DNA from: Bacteroidales bacterium
GTDB lineage: Bacteria > Bacteroidota > Bacteroidia > Bacteroidales > UBA932
DNA: 64,000 nucleotides
Reading direction: 5' to 3'
Assembly: GCA_017471965.1 (NCBI GenBank)
Contig: JAFURF010000009.1
Location: forward strand, 7,972 to 71,971
The position numbers and the translations under genes were made by a program. The notes below the pieces were generated by a model that saw only the letters and a program-made list of their open reading frames with translations, made no database searches and was not told the DNA's origin. Below are positions 26,610 to 36,848 of the stretch, in pieces (the stretch's first letter is position 1; each line of letters starts with the position of its first letter).

Positions 26610-27035
26610 ATGAAAAAGATTATCATGACCATGATTTTCCTCGCTATGCCGCTCGCCGCAGCATTCGCGCAGGACGTAATCGGAAAATGGAAACTCGAAG
26701 ACGGCTCTGCAATCGTAGAGGTCTACAAGAGCGGAAATGACTTCAACGGCAAGATAATATGGCTTGCAGAACCGAACGGACCGGACGGCACTCCGGCAAA
26801 AGACAGCAACAACCCGGACAAGGCGCTCAGAAGCAGACAACTGATAGGTCTCAACATGCTGGACGGACTCAAGGCCGACGGAAAGGAGTACTCAGGAGGA
26901 AAGATCTACGATCCCGGCAACGGAAAGACCTACAACTGCTCGATGAAAGTGGAAGGTGATGTCCTCAAGGTTCGAGGTTCACTTGACAAGAAAGGCCTTC
27001 TCGGCCGCACAATGGACTGGTTCCGCGTAAAATAA
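26610..27035 (+). CDS. DUF2147 domain secreted protein
   Basis: Signal peptide, GKIIWL, DSNNPD, GGKIYDPGNGKTY. Confidence 0.88.
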   Translation: MKKIIMTMIFLAMPLAAAFAQDVIGKWKLEDGSAIVEVYKSGNDFNGKIIWLAEPNGPDGTPAKDSNNPDKALRSRQLIGLNMLDGLKADGKEYSGGKIYDPGNGKTYNCSMKVEGDVLKVRGSLDKKGLLGRTMDWFRVK

Positions 27036-27662
27036 TCAATATTGATCCTTTGCCAGAACGATCCTGTAGAGATTGCAGCCTATGAGGTTGCCCAGGACTA
27101 TGCTTACATAGAGCACAAGGACTCCGAGGGCATTGGCTTTAAGGAACGCCGCAGGAACACAAAGGTAATAGAAGACATCTGCCACACAGTGAGGGAAGCC
27201 GCACACGATGAAGAGCGGAACACCGAACAGGAGTGGCAGATATTGTTTTTCTCTGGCGAACTGAACGGCTGTGGTCATGATGAATCCGCATCCGATGGCA
27301 AGAAGACCGCAACGGACAGGGCCTGTGCTGAGACGTAATGAAAGAATCTTCTGGGCAGAACCCTGAAGATCCATTGGAGAAAGCCTCGCCAGAAGAGCGA
27401 CGCAGAGACATCCGACGATGTTTCCAAGGAGCACCATGAAAAGTTGTCCGATCTCATTCTTATTGATGAAGCCGGCCGTACCTGTATAAAGTTTAAGTTT
27501 ATAGCCTACTACAGTAAGAAGACCGAAGCAGAAGAGTACCGCTCCGACAAGAGGGCCATATGCTTCAGTCTGGACACCGGAAGCAAGGAATCCGAAACCT
27601 GCTGTACCTATGGCAATACCGGCAAATATTGAAGAACGGATAAGTTTTATCATGGCAGTCAA
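27036..27662 (-). CDS. Formate/nitrite transporter family protein
   Basis: LYTG, LLGNIVG, GFPHCVAD, LGNLIG. Confidence 0.75.
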   Translation of the reverse strand: MTAMIKLIRSSIFAGIAIGTAGFGFLASGVQTEAYGPLVGAVLFCFGLLTVVGYKLKLYTGTAGFINKNEIGQLFMVLLGNIVGCLCVALLARLSPMDLQGSAQKILSLRLSTGPVRCGLLAIGCGFIMTTAVQFAREKQYLPLLFGVPLFIVCGFPHCVADVFYYLCVPAAFLKANALGVLVLYVSIVLGNLIGCNLYRIVLAKDQY

Positions 27663-27687
27663 AGATTGAATTGCACAAAGATAACAA

Positions 27688-28365
27688 TTATTCTATATCA
27701 ATCACAGTCAGGACTCCGTCCCGGACACGGAACTTCACATTCTGTCCCGCAAAAGACAGTCCATATACCCTTTCCGGATCATCATGATATGACGGACGAG
27801 GATCAAGGCCAAGGACTTCGACCAATGCTGCCAGACGGCTTCTGTCAATCATCTTTTCAGAAACAGCCTCTGGCAGAACGACCTGCAGGGACCTTTCCTG
27901 AAGAGAATCGACATATCCGCATACGGCATCCGGCCGGGAGTCCGCATATTTTATATAAGGTTTGATGTCATAGATAGGAGTACCGTCCATGAGGTCTGCT
28001 CCTTTGACATAAATGACGGGAGCATCCGCACACTCATAATCGATGGATTCCAGACATACGCAGGAAAGTCCGAGCGGATTGGGCCTGTATGGGGAACGTG
28101 TGGCAAACACTCCCATCTGGCGGTTCCCTCCAAGCCTCGGAGGCCTCACTGTCGGCTGCCATTGAGCCTGATGACGATTGGCGGAAAATTCCCATACAAG
28201 CCAGATATGCGAGAAGTCTTCAAGTCCCCTCAAGGCATCAGCGTTCCTGTAACGGGGCTCGAACACGATGCGGGCCTGCAGTTCTGCCGCAAGCCCGCTC
28301 TGTCGGGGAATCCCGAATTTCTCAGGGAAATCCGTCCTTATATGTGCAATAGGAAAAATTTCCAT
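27688..28365 (-). CDS. tsaA: tRNA N6-threonylcarbamoyladenosine(37) methyltransferase TrmO
   Basis: KFGIPRQSGL, VRPPRLGG, GVFATRSPYRPNPLG, DGTPIYDIKPY. Confidence 0.93.
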   Translation of the reverse strand: MEIFPIAHIRTDFPEKFGIPRQSGLAAELQARIVFEPRYRNADALRGLEDFSHIWLVWEFSANRHQAQWQPTVRPPRLGGNRQMGVFATRSPYRPNPLGLSCVCLESIDYECADAPVIYVKGADLMDGTPIYDIKPYIKYADSRPDAVCGYVDSLQERSLQVVLPEAVSEKMIDRSRLAALVEVLGLDPRPSYHDDPERVYGLSFAGQNVKFRVRDGVLTVIDIE

Positions 28366-28368
28366 TAT

Positions 28369-29721
28369 TTATTTTTCAGCCGGAAGAGTCTTATGGAGAA
28401 TCAGACATCCCAGCAGGGCTGCCACAACAGATCCGATAAGGATGCCGAGTTTGGCCTGATCCAGTATATGTGCTCCGGCATCTCCTACAGCGGAATAAGA
28501 CAGGTCTGCAATGAACATCGATACTGTAAAACCGATACCACAAAGCATACATACTCCTGAGAAAGCCTTCCAAGTGGTGTTTTCAGGAAGTTTGACTATA
28601 TTCAGACGGACTGCCAGCCATGAGAATGAGAATACTCCGATGAACTTGCCAAGCACGAGACCCATCATGACTGCAAGGCCGACTCCTGAGAATATGCCAC
28701 CCACGCTCATTCCTTCAAAACAGATGCCTGCATTTGCAAAAGCAAAGAGTGGAATCACGATATAGTTTATGAGGAAATGGAGGTTGTCCTCAAGATCCTG
28801 AAGCGGACTGATCATCTTGTCCGCGGCAGATTCGATGCTCTTGAGCGTGTGGATCTCCTGATTGGTCCAGACTATGGTATCGTGCTGATTGTCAATCTCC
28901 ACAACCGGAAAACCGTTGATGCTGTTGCGGATGCGTTCAAGATAATGTCCGGTTCCCTTGCGCAGGGTTGCAGGAATACAGAAGGCTACAATCACTCCGG
29001 CAATGGTCGCATGGATTCCGGAATTGAGCATGAAATACCAAAGGACAAGTCCTACAATCACATAGAACGCCTTCGATCTCAACTTCATTATGTTTCCTGT
29101 TATCATTGCTACCACACATGCCAGAGACAGCAGGACATAAATCAGGTTGATGTCAGACGAATAGAACAATGCGATTACGATGATTCCACCGAGATCATCA
29201 GCCACCGCCAAGGCTGCAAGGAAGACCTTCAGTCCAAGAGGCACACGCCTGCTGAAGATGGAGAGGACTCCAAGCGAAAACGCTATGTCTGTAGCCATAG
29301 GAATGGCCATACCACGCTGCATGAGAACATCTGACGGACATACCAGAGAGAAAATCAATACGGGCACAAGCATACCACCGCAGGCACCAATGATAGGCAG
29401 AAGGGCCTTCTCTCTTGTAGAGAGTTCGCCGACTTTGATCTCCCTCTTTATTTCCAGCCCGACAGAAAGGAAGAAGATAGCCATCAGGAAGTCATTGATG
29501 ACGGCACCGAGAGTAAGCGCATGTCCGCCATGACTGAAAAAGTTGAATTCTCCGATGGAGAAACTTACCGGATTCTGCCAAAGGCTGAAATACCAGTCCC
29601 TTACTCCAGGAACATTGGCACAGATCAGCGCAAGTATGGTAAAGAAGATAAGAACTGCGCTTGAAGTAACATGCTTGATATATTTGCTCACGAAACTATA
29701 GTTAGTACTTGTTTTGGTCAT
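28369..29721 (-). CDS. nhaA: Na+/H+ antiporter NhaA
   Basis: INDFLMAIFF, PMATDIAF, ALAVADDLG, GIHATIAG, GIGFTVSMFI. Confidence 0.95.
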   Translation of the reverse strand: MTKTSTNYSFVSKYIKHVTSSAVLIFFTILALICANVPGVRDWYFSLWQNPVSFSIGEFNFFSHGGHALTLGAVINDFLMAIFFLSVGLEIKREIKVGELSTREKALLPIIGACGGMLVPVLIFSLVCPSDVLMQRGMAIPMATDIAFSLGVLSIFSRRVPLGLKVFLAALAVADDLGGIIVIALFYSSDINLIYVLLSLACVVAMITGNIMKLRSKAFYVIVGLVLWYFMLNSGIHATIAGVIVAFCIPATLRKGTGHYLERIRNSINGFPVVEIDNQHDTIVWTNQEIHTLKSIESAADKMISPLQDLEDNLHFLINYIVIPLFAFANAGICFEGMSVGGIFSGVGLAVMMGLVLGKFIGVFSFSWLAVRLNIVKLPENTTWKAFSGVCMLCGIGFTVSMFIADLSYSAVGDAGAHILDQAKLGILIGSVVAALLGCLILHKTLPAEK

Positions 29722-29829
29722 AGGTTGAACATATTTGGAAGACGTCTTCCGGCAGTAACATGCATAAAGACGCAAATGTAAACAATATTTTAAAGTAACT
29801 GATAATTTATATGGATTATATCATAAATT

Positions 29830-30186
29830 CTAAATCAGAAACTTCATCAGTGCAGCAACTCGCCTGATCGGATCATTTACATTTGAAATCGGATGGTGAA
29901 AAAACTTCCCCTGCCTCAGGAAAAGATCATGATTCTGAAAGAAGCGTCTCGAACTACAAAGAATATTATGCTTGTGATTCTTGAGTGAACCGGCAGTATT
30001 AATTCCGGAAGTTATCGTAGGAATGTAAAAAGCAGAAACAGCACCTCCATGAGCACTTTTATATGATGACTCGAGATTAAAGGCCATACACGAGTCATTC
30101 ATGGGTACATCATACTCCAAAACATCCCGTCCTGACAAAGCCAGGACGAGAGAAAATACGGTCAATATGAAGATTCTTCTGTCCAT
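29830..30186 (-). CDS. Hypothetical protein with signal-peptide-like N-terminus
   Basis: 118-aa ORF filling the nhaA-ferritin gap; no recognisable motif. Confidence 0.4.
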   Translation of the reverse strand: MDRRIFILTVFSLVLALSGRDVLEYDVPMNDSCMAFNLESSYKSAHGGAVSAFYIPTITSGINTAGSLKNHKHNILCSSRRFFQNHDLFLRQGKFFHHPISNVNDPIRRVAALMKFLI

Positions 30187-30246
30187 TTCTTAAAAACGGC
30201 CGCGAATTTACTAATTATTTCAATTATTGTACCCAAAATCGGACAT

Positions 30247-30325
30247 AAAAAATCAGTTGCTGACACCGCTTCAATTCGCAGAAGCATAGGCATACGCTCC
30301 GCTCATCGGCATCAGCAACTGATTT
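30247..30325 (-). terminator. Ferritin terminator with unusually large loop
   Basis: AAATCAGTTGCTGA (30250-30263) / TCAGCAACTGATTT (30312-30325), U tract on - strand. Confidence 0.65.
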
Positions 30326-30344
30326 CAGATTATATGGACAGGAT

Positions 30345-30869
30345 TTATTCTGCTGCAGTAGCGAGAGGTGAAGGAACATTGTAGACGCGCGCAGCAAGTT
30401 CCTTGTCAAGCATATACATTCCGTACTTATTGTCTTCAACAGCCTCAACTGTGGCTATCATCTCACGTGCCGATTCCTCTTCCTCTACCTGCTCGTCAAT
30501 GAACCAGTTCAGGCGGTTGATTGAAGCATAGTCACGGTCTTCATTGGCAATGGCTGCGAGATTGTTGATGAGCGCAGTCACCTTCTTTTCATGTTCGAGG
30601 GTCTGCTTGTACATGTCAAGAACCGTACCCCACGTTGCAGGTACACCCTCGATCGGAAGAAGTTCCACCTTCGCGTCACGTGAGTTCATATAGTTCATGA
30701 AGATACGGGCATGAGCCTGTTCCTCCTGAAACTGCACATAGAACCAGTTTGCAACTCCCTTGTACCCCTTTGCCTCAGCATCAAGAGACATTGCAAGATA
30801 AAGATATGCAGACCACAACTCGGCATTTACCTGAGCATTGATCGCTGAATGTAGTTTCTGACTTAGCAT
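30345..30869 (-). CDS. ftnA: Non-heme ferritin
   Basis: QVNAELWSAYLY, EEQAHA, HEKKVT, WFIDEQVEEE. Confidence 0.93.
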   Translation of the reverse strand: MLSQKLHSAINAQVNAELWSAYLYLAMSLDAEAKGYKGVANWFYVQFQEEQAHARIFMNYMNSRDAKVELLPIEGVPATWGTVLDMYKQTLEHEKKVTALINNLAAIANEDRDYASINRLNWFIDEQVEEEESAREMIATVEAVEDNKYGMYMLDKELAARVYNVPSPLATAAE

Positions 30870-31030
30870 GATTTCCTATTTTATACGTTAAGTTTCCTGT
30901 TATGTATTGCAAATATACATTTAATTTTTAATCATTCAAATTTAAATAAAGGTTTTTTGCTAATTTCCGTAAAAATATTACTTTTGTGAAAAATCAGACA
31001 ACATGTAACAGCAATGCTGCCGGACTACTT

Positions 31031-32200
31031 ATGAAAAAAATCATTCTCTTCTCAGTATTTCTGCTCATAGGACTAGCAGGCTCACAGATACTGCCGATAC
31101 TTATCGGACCTGAACATTTTGCGCACATCAAGCCCTTCTTTGACATCATGCTATATGTTTGTCTTGCATACATCATGATAAATGTAGGCAGGGAATTTGA
31201 ACTCGACAAGACCCAATGGCGCTCATACACTGAAGACTATTTCATCGCCATGGCTACTGCAGCAGTACCCTGGCTCCTGATATGCGGATATTTCATCCTT
31301 CTGATGCCCGCAGAATACAGGTCCTGGGACACTTGGAAGGAAACCCTGCTTCTGAGCCGGTTCGCAGCCCCCACTTCAGCCGGCATCCTTTTCACCATGC
31401 TGGCTGCTGCAGGTCTCAAGAAATCATGGATATACGGCAAGACCAAGGTTCTCGCAATCTTTGATGACCTTGACACGATTCTTCTGATGATTCCTCTCCA
31501 GGTCTTCATGATAGGAATGAAATGGCAGTTGGGAGTAGTCGTGATATTCGTTTTCTTCTGCCTGTATTTCGGATGGACAAAACTCAACAGATTCAGAATG
31601 AGCCAGACATGGTCCGCCATTCTCGGATACGCCACGATCCTCGTCTTCATATTCCAGGGAATATATGTCATCACCGCCGAACTTTTCGGACATGACTCTG
31701 CAATACATATAGAAATCCTTCTGCCGGCATTCATCCTGGGAATGGTCATGAGAACCCATGAGCATCACTCACATGCAGATGAAAAGGCATCGTCAGCAAT
31801 ATCCTATATGTTCATGCTTCTGGTAGGCCTAAGCGCACCGTTATTCGTAGGAGTAGACTTCAGCGCCACTGCAGGAGACTGCATGATAGGGAAGGTAGGA
31901 GACATGTCATGGGGCGAAATCACACTCCACGTATTGGTGACCACCGCCCTCTCAAACATCGGCAAACTTCTTCCTGTATTCTTCTATAGGGACAGGAGCA
32001 TTACTGAAAGACTTGCACTCAGCATAGGAATGTTCACAAGAGGAGAAGTCGGCGCAGGTATCGTGTTCATAGCTATCGGTTACGGACTCGGTGGTCCGCT
32101 CCTGGCCATTTCACTGCTGACGATTCTCACAAACCTTATACTTACAGGCTTCTTCGTACTTATCGTCAAGAAACTGGCACTGAAGGCGGAAAAAGAATAG
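31031..32200 (+). CDS. Cation:proton antiporter family protein
   Basis: APTSAGILF, LAIFDDLD, GMFTRGEVG; many TM segments. Confidence 0.75.
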   Translation: MKKIILFSVFLLIGLAGSQILPILIGPEHFAHIKPFFDIMLYVCLAYIMINVGREFELDKTQWRSYTEDYFIAMATAAVPWLLICGYFILLMPAEYRSWDTWKETLLLSRFAAPTSAGILFTMLAAAGLKKSWIYGKTKVLAIFDDLDTILLMIPLQVFMIGMKWQLGVVVIFVFFCLYFGWTKLNRFRMSQTWSAILGYATILVFIFQGIYVITAELFGHDSAIHIEILLPAFILGMVMRTHEHHSHADEKASSAISYMFMLLVGLSAPLFVGVDFSATAGDCMIGKVGDMSWGEITLHVLVTTALSNIGKLLPVFFYRDRSITERLALSIGMFTRGEVGAGIVFIAIGYGLGGPLLAISLLTILTNLILTGFFVLIVKKLALKAEKE

Positions 32201-32209
32201 ACTGAAACA

Positions 32210-32830
32210 ATGGAAAGAAACCAGAATATTGAAAAAAGGATACTGTGGGTCGCAGAACGTCTCTTTCTCGAAAAAGGATTCAGCGGCACATCCACAACTG
32301 AAATAGCAAAGGCAGTAGGCTGCAACCAGACCCTCATCCACTACTACTTCCGCACGAAGGAGAAACTCTTCTGGGATGTGTTCGCACCGAAGATGGAACA
32401 GGTCGTGGAGTATCTGGACGCACCTCTGGATGAAGAAAAGGACTTCCTCAAGAAACTGGGGAACATCATCGAATTCTATTTCGGCATGCTCGAACTTGAC
32501 GAGCGTCTGGCACCGTTCATAGTGAACGAACTTATCATGCATCCTTCAAGGTGGGACATGTTCCGCAGACGTTTCCTCAGAAGCGAAAGCCGCAGCAGCG
32601 CATTCAACAGATTTGAAGCAATGGTAAAGGAAGAGATCGACAAAGGCACCATCCGTAACGTGGAGGCCATAGATCTCGTTCTCGACATAATGTCACTGAC
32701 CATATCATCTTTCATCGTCGCTCCACTGGGCTTTGCAAAAGGCGAATGTGACTCAGATGCGCGTAAGGCATACCTTACGGGAAGGATGGAAGACATCAAG
32801 GCTCTCGTCATAAACGGACTGCGCCCTTAA
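32210..32830 (+). CDS. TetR/AcrR family regulator
   Basis: LFLEKGFSGTSTTEIAKAVGCNQTLIHYYFRTKEKLF. Confidence 0.92.
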   Translation: MERNQNIEKRILWVAERLFLEKGFSGTSTTEIAKAVGCNQTLIHYYFRTKEKLFWDVFAPKMEQVVEYLDAPLDEEKDFLKKLGNIIEFYFGMLELDERLAPFIVNELIMHPSRWDMFRRRFLRSESRSSAFNRFEAMVKEEIDKGTIRNVEAIDLVLDIMSLTISSFIVAPLGFAKGECDSDARKAYLTGRMEDIKALVINGLRP

Positions 32831-32876
32831 GACAGATAAAGCAGACTGAATCTGCATATCTTAATAAAATACTGAC

Positions 32877-33587
32877 ATGAAAAAGATCTTTGCCCTATTT
32901 GCTGTCGCAGCCACAGCACTACCTCTCGCAACCACCAGGACTGAAGCACAGAACATACAGATCCATTACGACATTGGACGTGAAGCAGTGACATCGACAG
33001 TAGAAATGTTCCGCCCGGACGGAGGCGGAAGCACATTCTTCTTCATCGACTTTGACTACACTCCAAAGGCCTGCGGAGCATATTTCGAGATATCCCGCGA
33101 AATCTGCTTCTGGCAGAAATCCAGACTCGACTGGCTTTCCGCACATATCGAATATAACGGCGGGCTCAGCACGTCAGCAGGATCCTTCAACAATGCCTGG
33201 CTCGCAGGAGCGACATACTCAGGTCATTCGGAAGATTTCTCCAAGACATGGTCGCTGACAGCAGCATATAAGGCAATACCTGGCACTCTGGATGCATTCG
33301 GCAACTGCCAGATGCACAATTTCCAGATCACCGGAGTATGGAACCTTGACTTCTTCAACCACTGGCTGTCATTCAACGGATTCTTTGACTTCTGGAGGGA
33401 AATGCGTCCATGGCAGGAAACAGAATTCATCTTCATGGCAGAGCCTCAGGTCTGGGTCAACCTCAGGAACATCAAGGGATGGGAAAAGGTCAACCTGAGC
33501 GTTGGAACAGAAGTGGAACTATCCGCAAACTTCGTGGGCAAAGGCTTCCATGCAATGCCTACCATAGCGGCAAAATGGACATTCTGA
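32877..33587 (+). CDS. DUF5020 / Tsx-like outer-membrane channel
   Basis: Signal peptide, QIHYD, TSTVEMFRPD, HIEYNGG, EPQVW, C-terminal WTF. Confidence 0.8.
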   Translation: MKKIFALFAVAATALPLATTRTEAQNIQIHYDIGREAVTSTVEMFRPDGGGSTFFFIDFDYTPKACGAYFEISREICFWQKSRLDWLSAHIEYNGGLSTSAGSFNNAWLAGATYSGHSEDFSKTWSLTAAYKAIPGTLDAFGNCQMHNFQITGVWNLDFFNHWLSFNGFFDFWREMRPWQETEFIFMAEPQVWVNLRNIKGWEKVNLSVGTEVELSANFVGKGFHAMPTIAAKWTF

Positions 33588-33655
33588 CCGTAAACCATAA
33601 AAAAAAGAGACAATTCTTGAGAAACTGCTGTAACTACTTGAGTTCCAACTGCCGC

Positions 33656-33790
33656 ATCATGATGCCTCTCACCTACTCGATTTCAAACGGTATCCTCCTC
33701 GGTATGGTCGCCTATGTGCTCATCAACCTCGTATGCAGGGACTTCAGGAAACTCTCTCCTACAATGTACATACTTGCGATACTCTTCATT
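33656..33790 (+). pseudogene. C-terminal remnant of an NCS2/AzgA-type nucleobase permease
   Basis: IMMPLTYSISNGILLGMVAYVLINLVCRDFRKLSPTMYILAILFI with no upstream body. Confidence 0.75.
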
Positions 33791-33804
33791 CGGAATAGCA
33801 CACG

Positions 33805-34227
33805 CTATTCCGATTTTTTGAATATGACATTATTGGTCATGATAAAGTTGACGAGTCCAGACACGCACATGGCCGCCAGGTTGCAGATCACGACATCCCA
33901 TCCGAAGAATCTCTCTATGATAAGAAGAATACAGAACCTCAGCAGGAAGACTGCAGAACATGACAGGTTGTAAGCGCCATACAGACGAAGGAAAGATCTG
34001 AACCCCTTGGCAGAATCCACCCTGTCCTTCCAGACATAGAAATATGATATGAGGTAGTTCACAAGCACAGCCGCCTGGAAAGAAAGTATAGGCGAGACCA
34101 CATACTCTCCCCACCATCCCTTATCAAACGCAAAATCCGAAAGAATCCAAAGCACAAGCGTGTCGATCAGAGTTCCGACCGCACTTGTGCCTATGAACTT
34201 CACATATCGTATCAGCACATTCATCAT
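33805..34227 (-). CDS. GtrA family protein
   Basis: VKFIGTSAVGTLID, NYLISYFYVW; 4 TM segments. Confidence 0.8.
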   Translation of the reverse strand: MMNVLIRYVKFIGTSAVGTLIDTLVLWILSDFAFDKGWWGEYVVSPILSFQAAVLVNYLISYFYVWKDRVDSAKGFRSFLRLYGAYNLSCSAVFLLRFCILLIIERFFGWDVVICNLAAMCVSGLVNFIMTNNVIFKKSE

Positions 34228-34940
34228 TCCTCTCTTTTTGGAAGCGGATCCATCTCCGCATATTCCCTGGCATCATGTATCACAGTGGAAACATGCATGA
34301 TGCAAAGAATGAACAGAATCACCATCGCAATATAATCCAGAGCACCGAATGTCACTTCATGTCCGAAAACAATGGCTTCATGCGAGAATTCCCTCAGCGG
34401 CCTGACAGTTGCGAACAGAGTGTTTATCAATATCATTATGATTCTGAATTCAGTAGGCCCCATCTTGGCATAAGTCAGCCGGAATTCCTTCTTCAGATGT
34501 GCATTTATGCTGACATTTATGGTCATCATCAGATAAAGGACCAGGACCGCCAGTGCCAGTTCCAGATGGACAAGTCCGGACAATCCGATACCTACAAACA
34601 TTATCACCTCATTGACGGCATCCACAGTATGGTCCAGATAATATCCGTAGACCGGACGCTGACATTTCCTCACACGTGCAAGAGTGCCGTCAAGAGAATC
34701 TCCATACCAATTGATCAAAAAACCTAACGAACTGATCCACAACCAGTTGATATTTACTGAAGAAAGAATGTATCCGGCCGCTATGACCAACGAACCGAAG
34801 GTGCCGATAAAAGTGAGGATATCCGATGTCATCCATGCCGGCTGACGTTCTGCAAGCCATACCAGAACCTTCTTTTCCAAAGCGTTGAGGACCGATGTCT
34901 GTATCCTCACCGCATCTGCCTTGTTATTTGTCATTTCCAT
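34224..34940 (-). CDS. CDP-alcohol phosphatidyltransferase family protein
   Basis: DSLDGTLARVR...GYYLDHTVD. Confidence 0.9.
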   Translation of the reverse strand: MEMTNNKADAVRIQTSVLNALEKKVLVWLAERQPAWMTSDILTFIGTFGSLVIAAGYILSSVNINWLWISSLGFLINWYGDSLDGTLARVRKCQRPVYGYYLDHTVDAVNEVIMFVGIGLSGLVHLELALAVLVLYLMMTINVSINAHLKKEFRLTYAKMGPTEFRIIMILINTLFATVRPLREFSHEAIVFGHEVTFGALDYIAMVILFILCIMHVSTVIHDAREYAEMDPLPKREE

Positions 34941-35760
34941 ATCTCGATTTTAATTCATACACACTTGAACGGAGAAAACTCCGGAATTCATTGATATCAT
35001 CATATCCTGCCTGCTGCTCAGGTGTTATCATGTTACCCAAAGCAACCCTTACCGTCGTTCCCCGTTTATTGAACACCTCGGAAGGAAGTTTGAGGAGACG
35101 CACTTTCCAATCAATCAGGCCAAGACTATAGTAAAACGCCGAATTGCCATCCAGAAAAGCGACAGGTACTATGGGGACACGGAGTTTCCGGATAAGTCTT
35201 ATGACCGGTTCCTGCCATTCCCTGTCCCTGACACTCCTGTCCCTGATGCTCAGGTCGGAGACCGCCCCTGACGGAAAGATGCCCAAAGGATATCCGCCTT
35301 TTACATGACGAAGAGCATCCTTTACACCCTGTATGCTGGCTTCCGTCGGAGCCGACCTTGTCTCACCTGTAGGTGTGACACAGATGAAATTTTCGGAAAG
35401 AGATTCCACACGACCGAGAAATCTGTTGACCATCACCTTGTAATTCCTGTTCAGATGGCCGAAGATGTCGACAAGGATGATACCGTCAATTCCTCCGTAG
35501 GGATGATTGCTTATGGTGATGAAAGGCCCGTCAGGAAGATTGTCAAGTTCCTCCATATTCTCGATTTCATAACTTACGCCGATATCCTTCAGAACAGCAC
35601 GGGCAAATCCGGGACCTGTCAGTGCAGAATTCCTGTCATACAGGTCATTGCACTTGTCCACGGAAAGCACCTTCATAAGGAATCGCGCAAACGCATTGCC
35701 GGCGCCGCCGCGGAATACGGGGGCCATGCTTTCAAGTTCCTTTACAGTCAATAATGGCAT
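34924..35760 (-). CDS. Lysophospholipid acyltransferase family protein
   Basis: NHPYGGID (HX4D), IFPSG. Confidence 0.85.
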   Translation of the reverse strand: MPLLTVKELESMAPVFRGGAGNAFARFLMKVLSVDKCNDLYDRNSALTGPGFARAVLKDIGVSYEIENMEELDNLPDGPFITISNHPYGGIDGIILVDIFGHLNRNYKVMVNRFLGRVESLSENFICVTPTGETRSAPTEASIQGVKDALRHVKGGYPLGIFPSGAVSDLSIRDRSVRDREWQEPVIRLIRKLRVPIVPVAFLDGNSAFYYSLGLIDWKVRLLKLPSEVFNKRGTTVRVALGNMITPEQQAGYDDINEFRSFLRSSVYELKSRYGNDK

Positions 35761-35942
35761 TGCAGTCGTTTTTACTGAATGCCATTATTGCAAAATGTGT
35801 GTCAAACGGACAACGGCACAAGGTAAATTATGTTCCATATGTCCGAACAGATGTCCCCAATCATACAAATAGAACATTCTGACACAATATTTGCGTAATC
35901 AAAACCGGATTTAAAGTAAATTTGTAACAAGAATTATTGACA

Positions 35943-36848
35943 ATGACAACTGACCTTTTCATCAAGGAACTGCACAGATATATCCCTGGCAGCATATCTT
36001 TCGACTCTTTCTGGATATATAGACATGACGGGGAAAAGCCTGTAAGCGAAATCCTGAACAAGCCATGCAGGATAAATGCCACTGCACTGATAATATGCAC
36101 CGAAGGAAGCATGGAACTGTCATACAACTTCAGGACCGTCAGAATGGAAAAGAACACCGTGTTCGTATCACACCCGCACAACAGTCTGAACGTATTGTCT
36201 GCAGTAGGTTGCAAGGGATATATTCTGGCAATGGAAGAAAGCGGATTCACCGACTACACCATCGACCCGAAGCATATACCTGAACTCATAGACAAGATAT
36301 ACGACTGTCCTCTGGTATCCATCACTGAAGAGGAATCGCGAAAGATATGCAAGGCTCTGGATGCACTGTCCGACTACATCAGGGACAAGAACGACAGTCC
36401 GTTCAAGAGTTCGATAATAAGGTCAGGGATGAGCACATTCGTATATATTCTGATGGATTCCCTGTATTCTCATATGGCAAGTATCGAGTGCGAACGAAAT
36501 ACCATGAACAGGGAAAAGGAACATTTCAACAGGTTCATGAAGATATTGAGTGAGAACTACCTCAAGGAAAGAGAAGTCAAATATTATGCAGACCAGATGA
36601 ACCTGACCCCGAGGTATCTGACTACGACTATCAGGAAGGTCAGCGGACACACCGTATCGGAATGGATAAGCAAGTTCATCATAAAGGATGCAAAATATCT
36701 GCTGAACCATTCGTTACTGACGGTCCAGCAGATAGCATATGAGTTGAATTTCCCGAACCAGTCGTTCTTCGGCAAATTCTTCAAGAAGCATGTCGGGATG
36801 AGTCCCGGTGCCTACAGAAACAGTACTACATCCTCTCAGGAAGAGTGA
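35943..36848 (+). CDS. AraC family regulator
   Basis: C-terminal YYADQMNLTPRYL...QIAYELNFPNQSFFGKFFKKHVGMSP. Confidence 0.92.
   Translation: MTTDLFIKELHRYIPGSISFDSFWIYRHDGEKPVSEILNKPCRINATALIICTEGSMELSYNFRTVRMEKNTVFVSHPHNSLNVLSAVGCKGYILAMEESGFTDYTIDPKHIPELIDKIYDCPLVSITEEESRKICKALDALSDYIRDKNDSPFKSSIIRSGMSTFVYILMDSLYSHMASIECERNTMNREKEHFNRFMKILSENYLKEREVKYYADQMNLTPRYLTTTIRKVSGHTVSEWISKFIIKDAKYLLNHSLLTVQQIAYELNFPNQSFFGKFFKKHVGMSPGAYRNSTTSSQEE

Noticed and set aside
30920-30952. Fur/PerR box upstream of ferritin
   Set aside because: AT-rich with only a weak dyad; cannot be distinguished from chance
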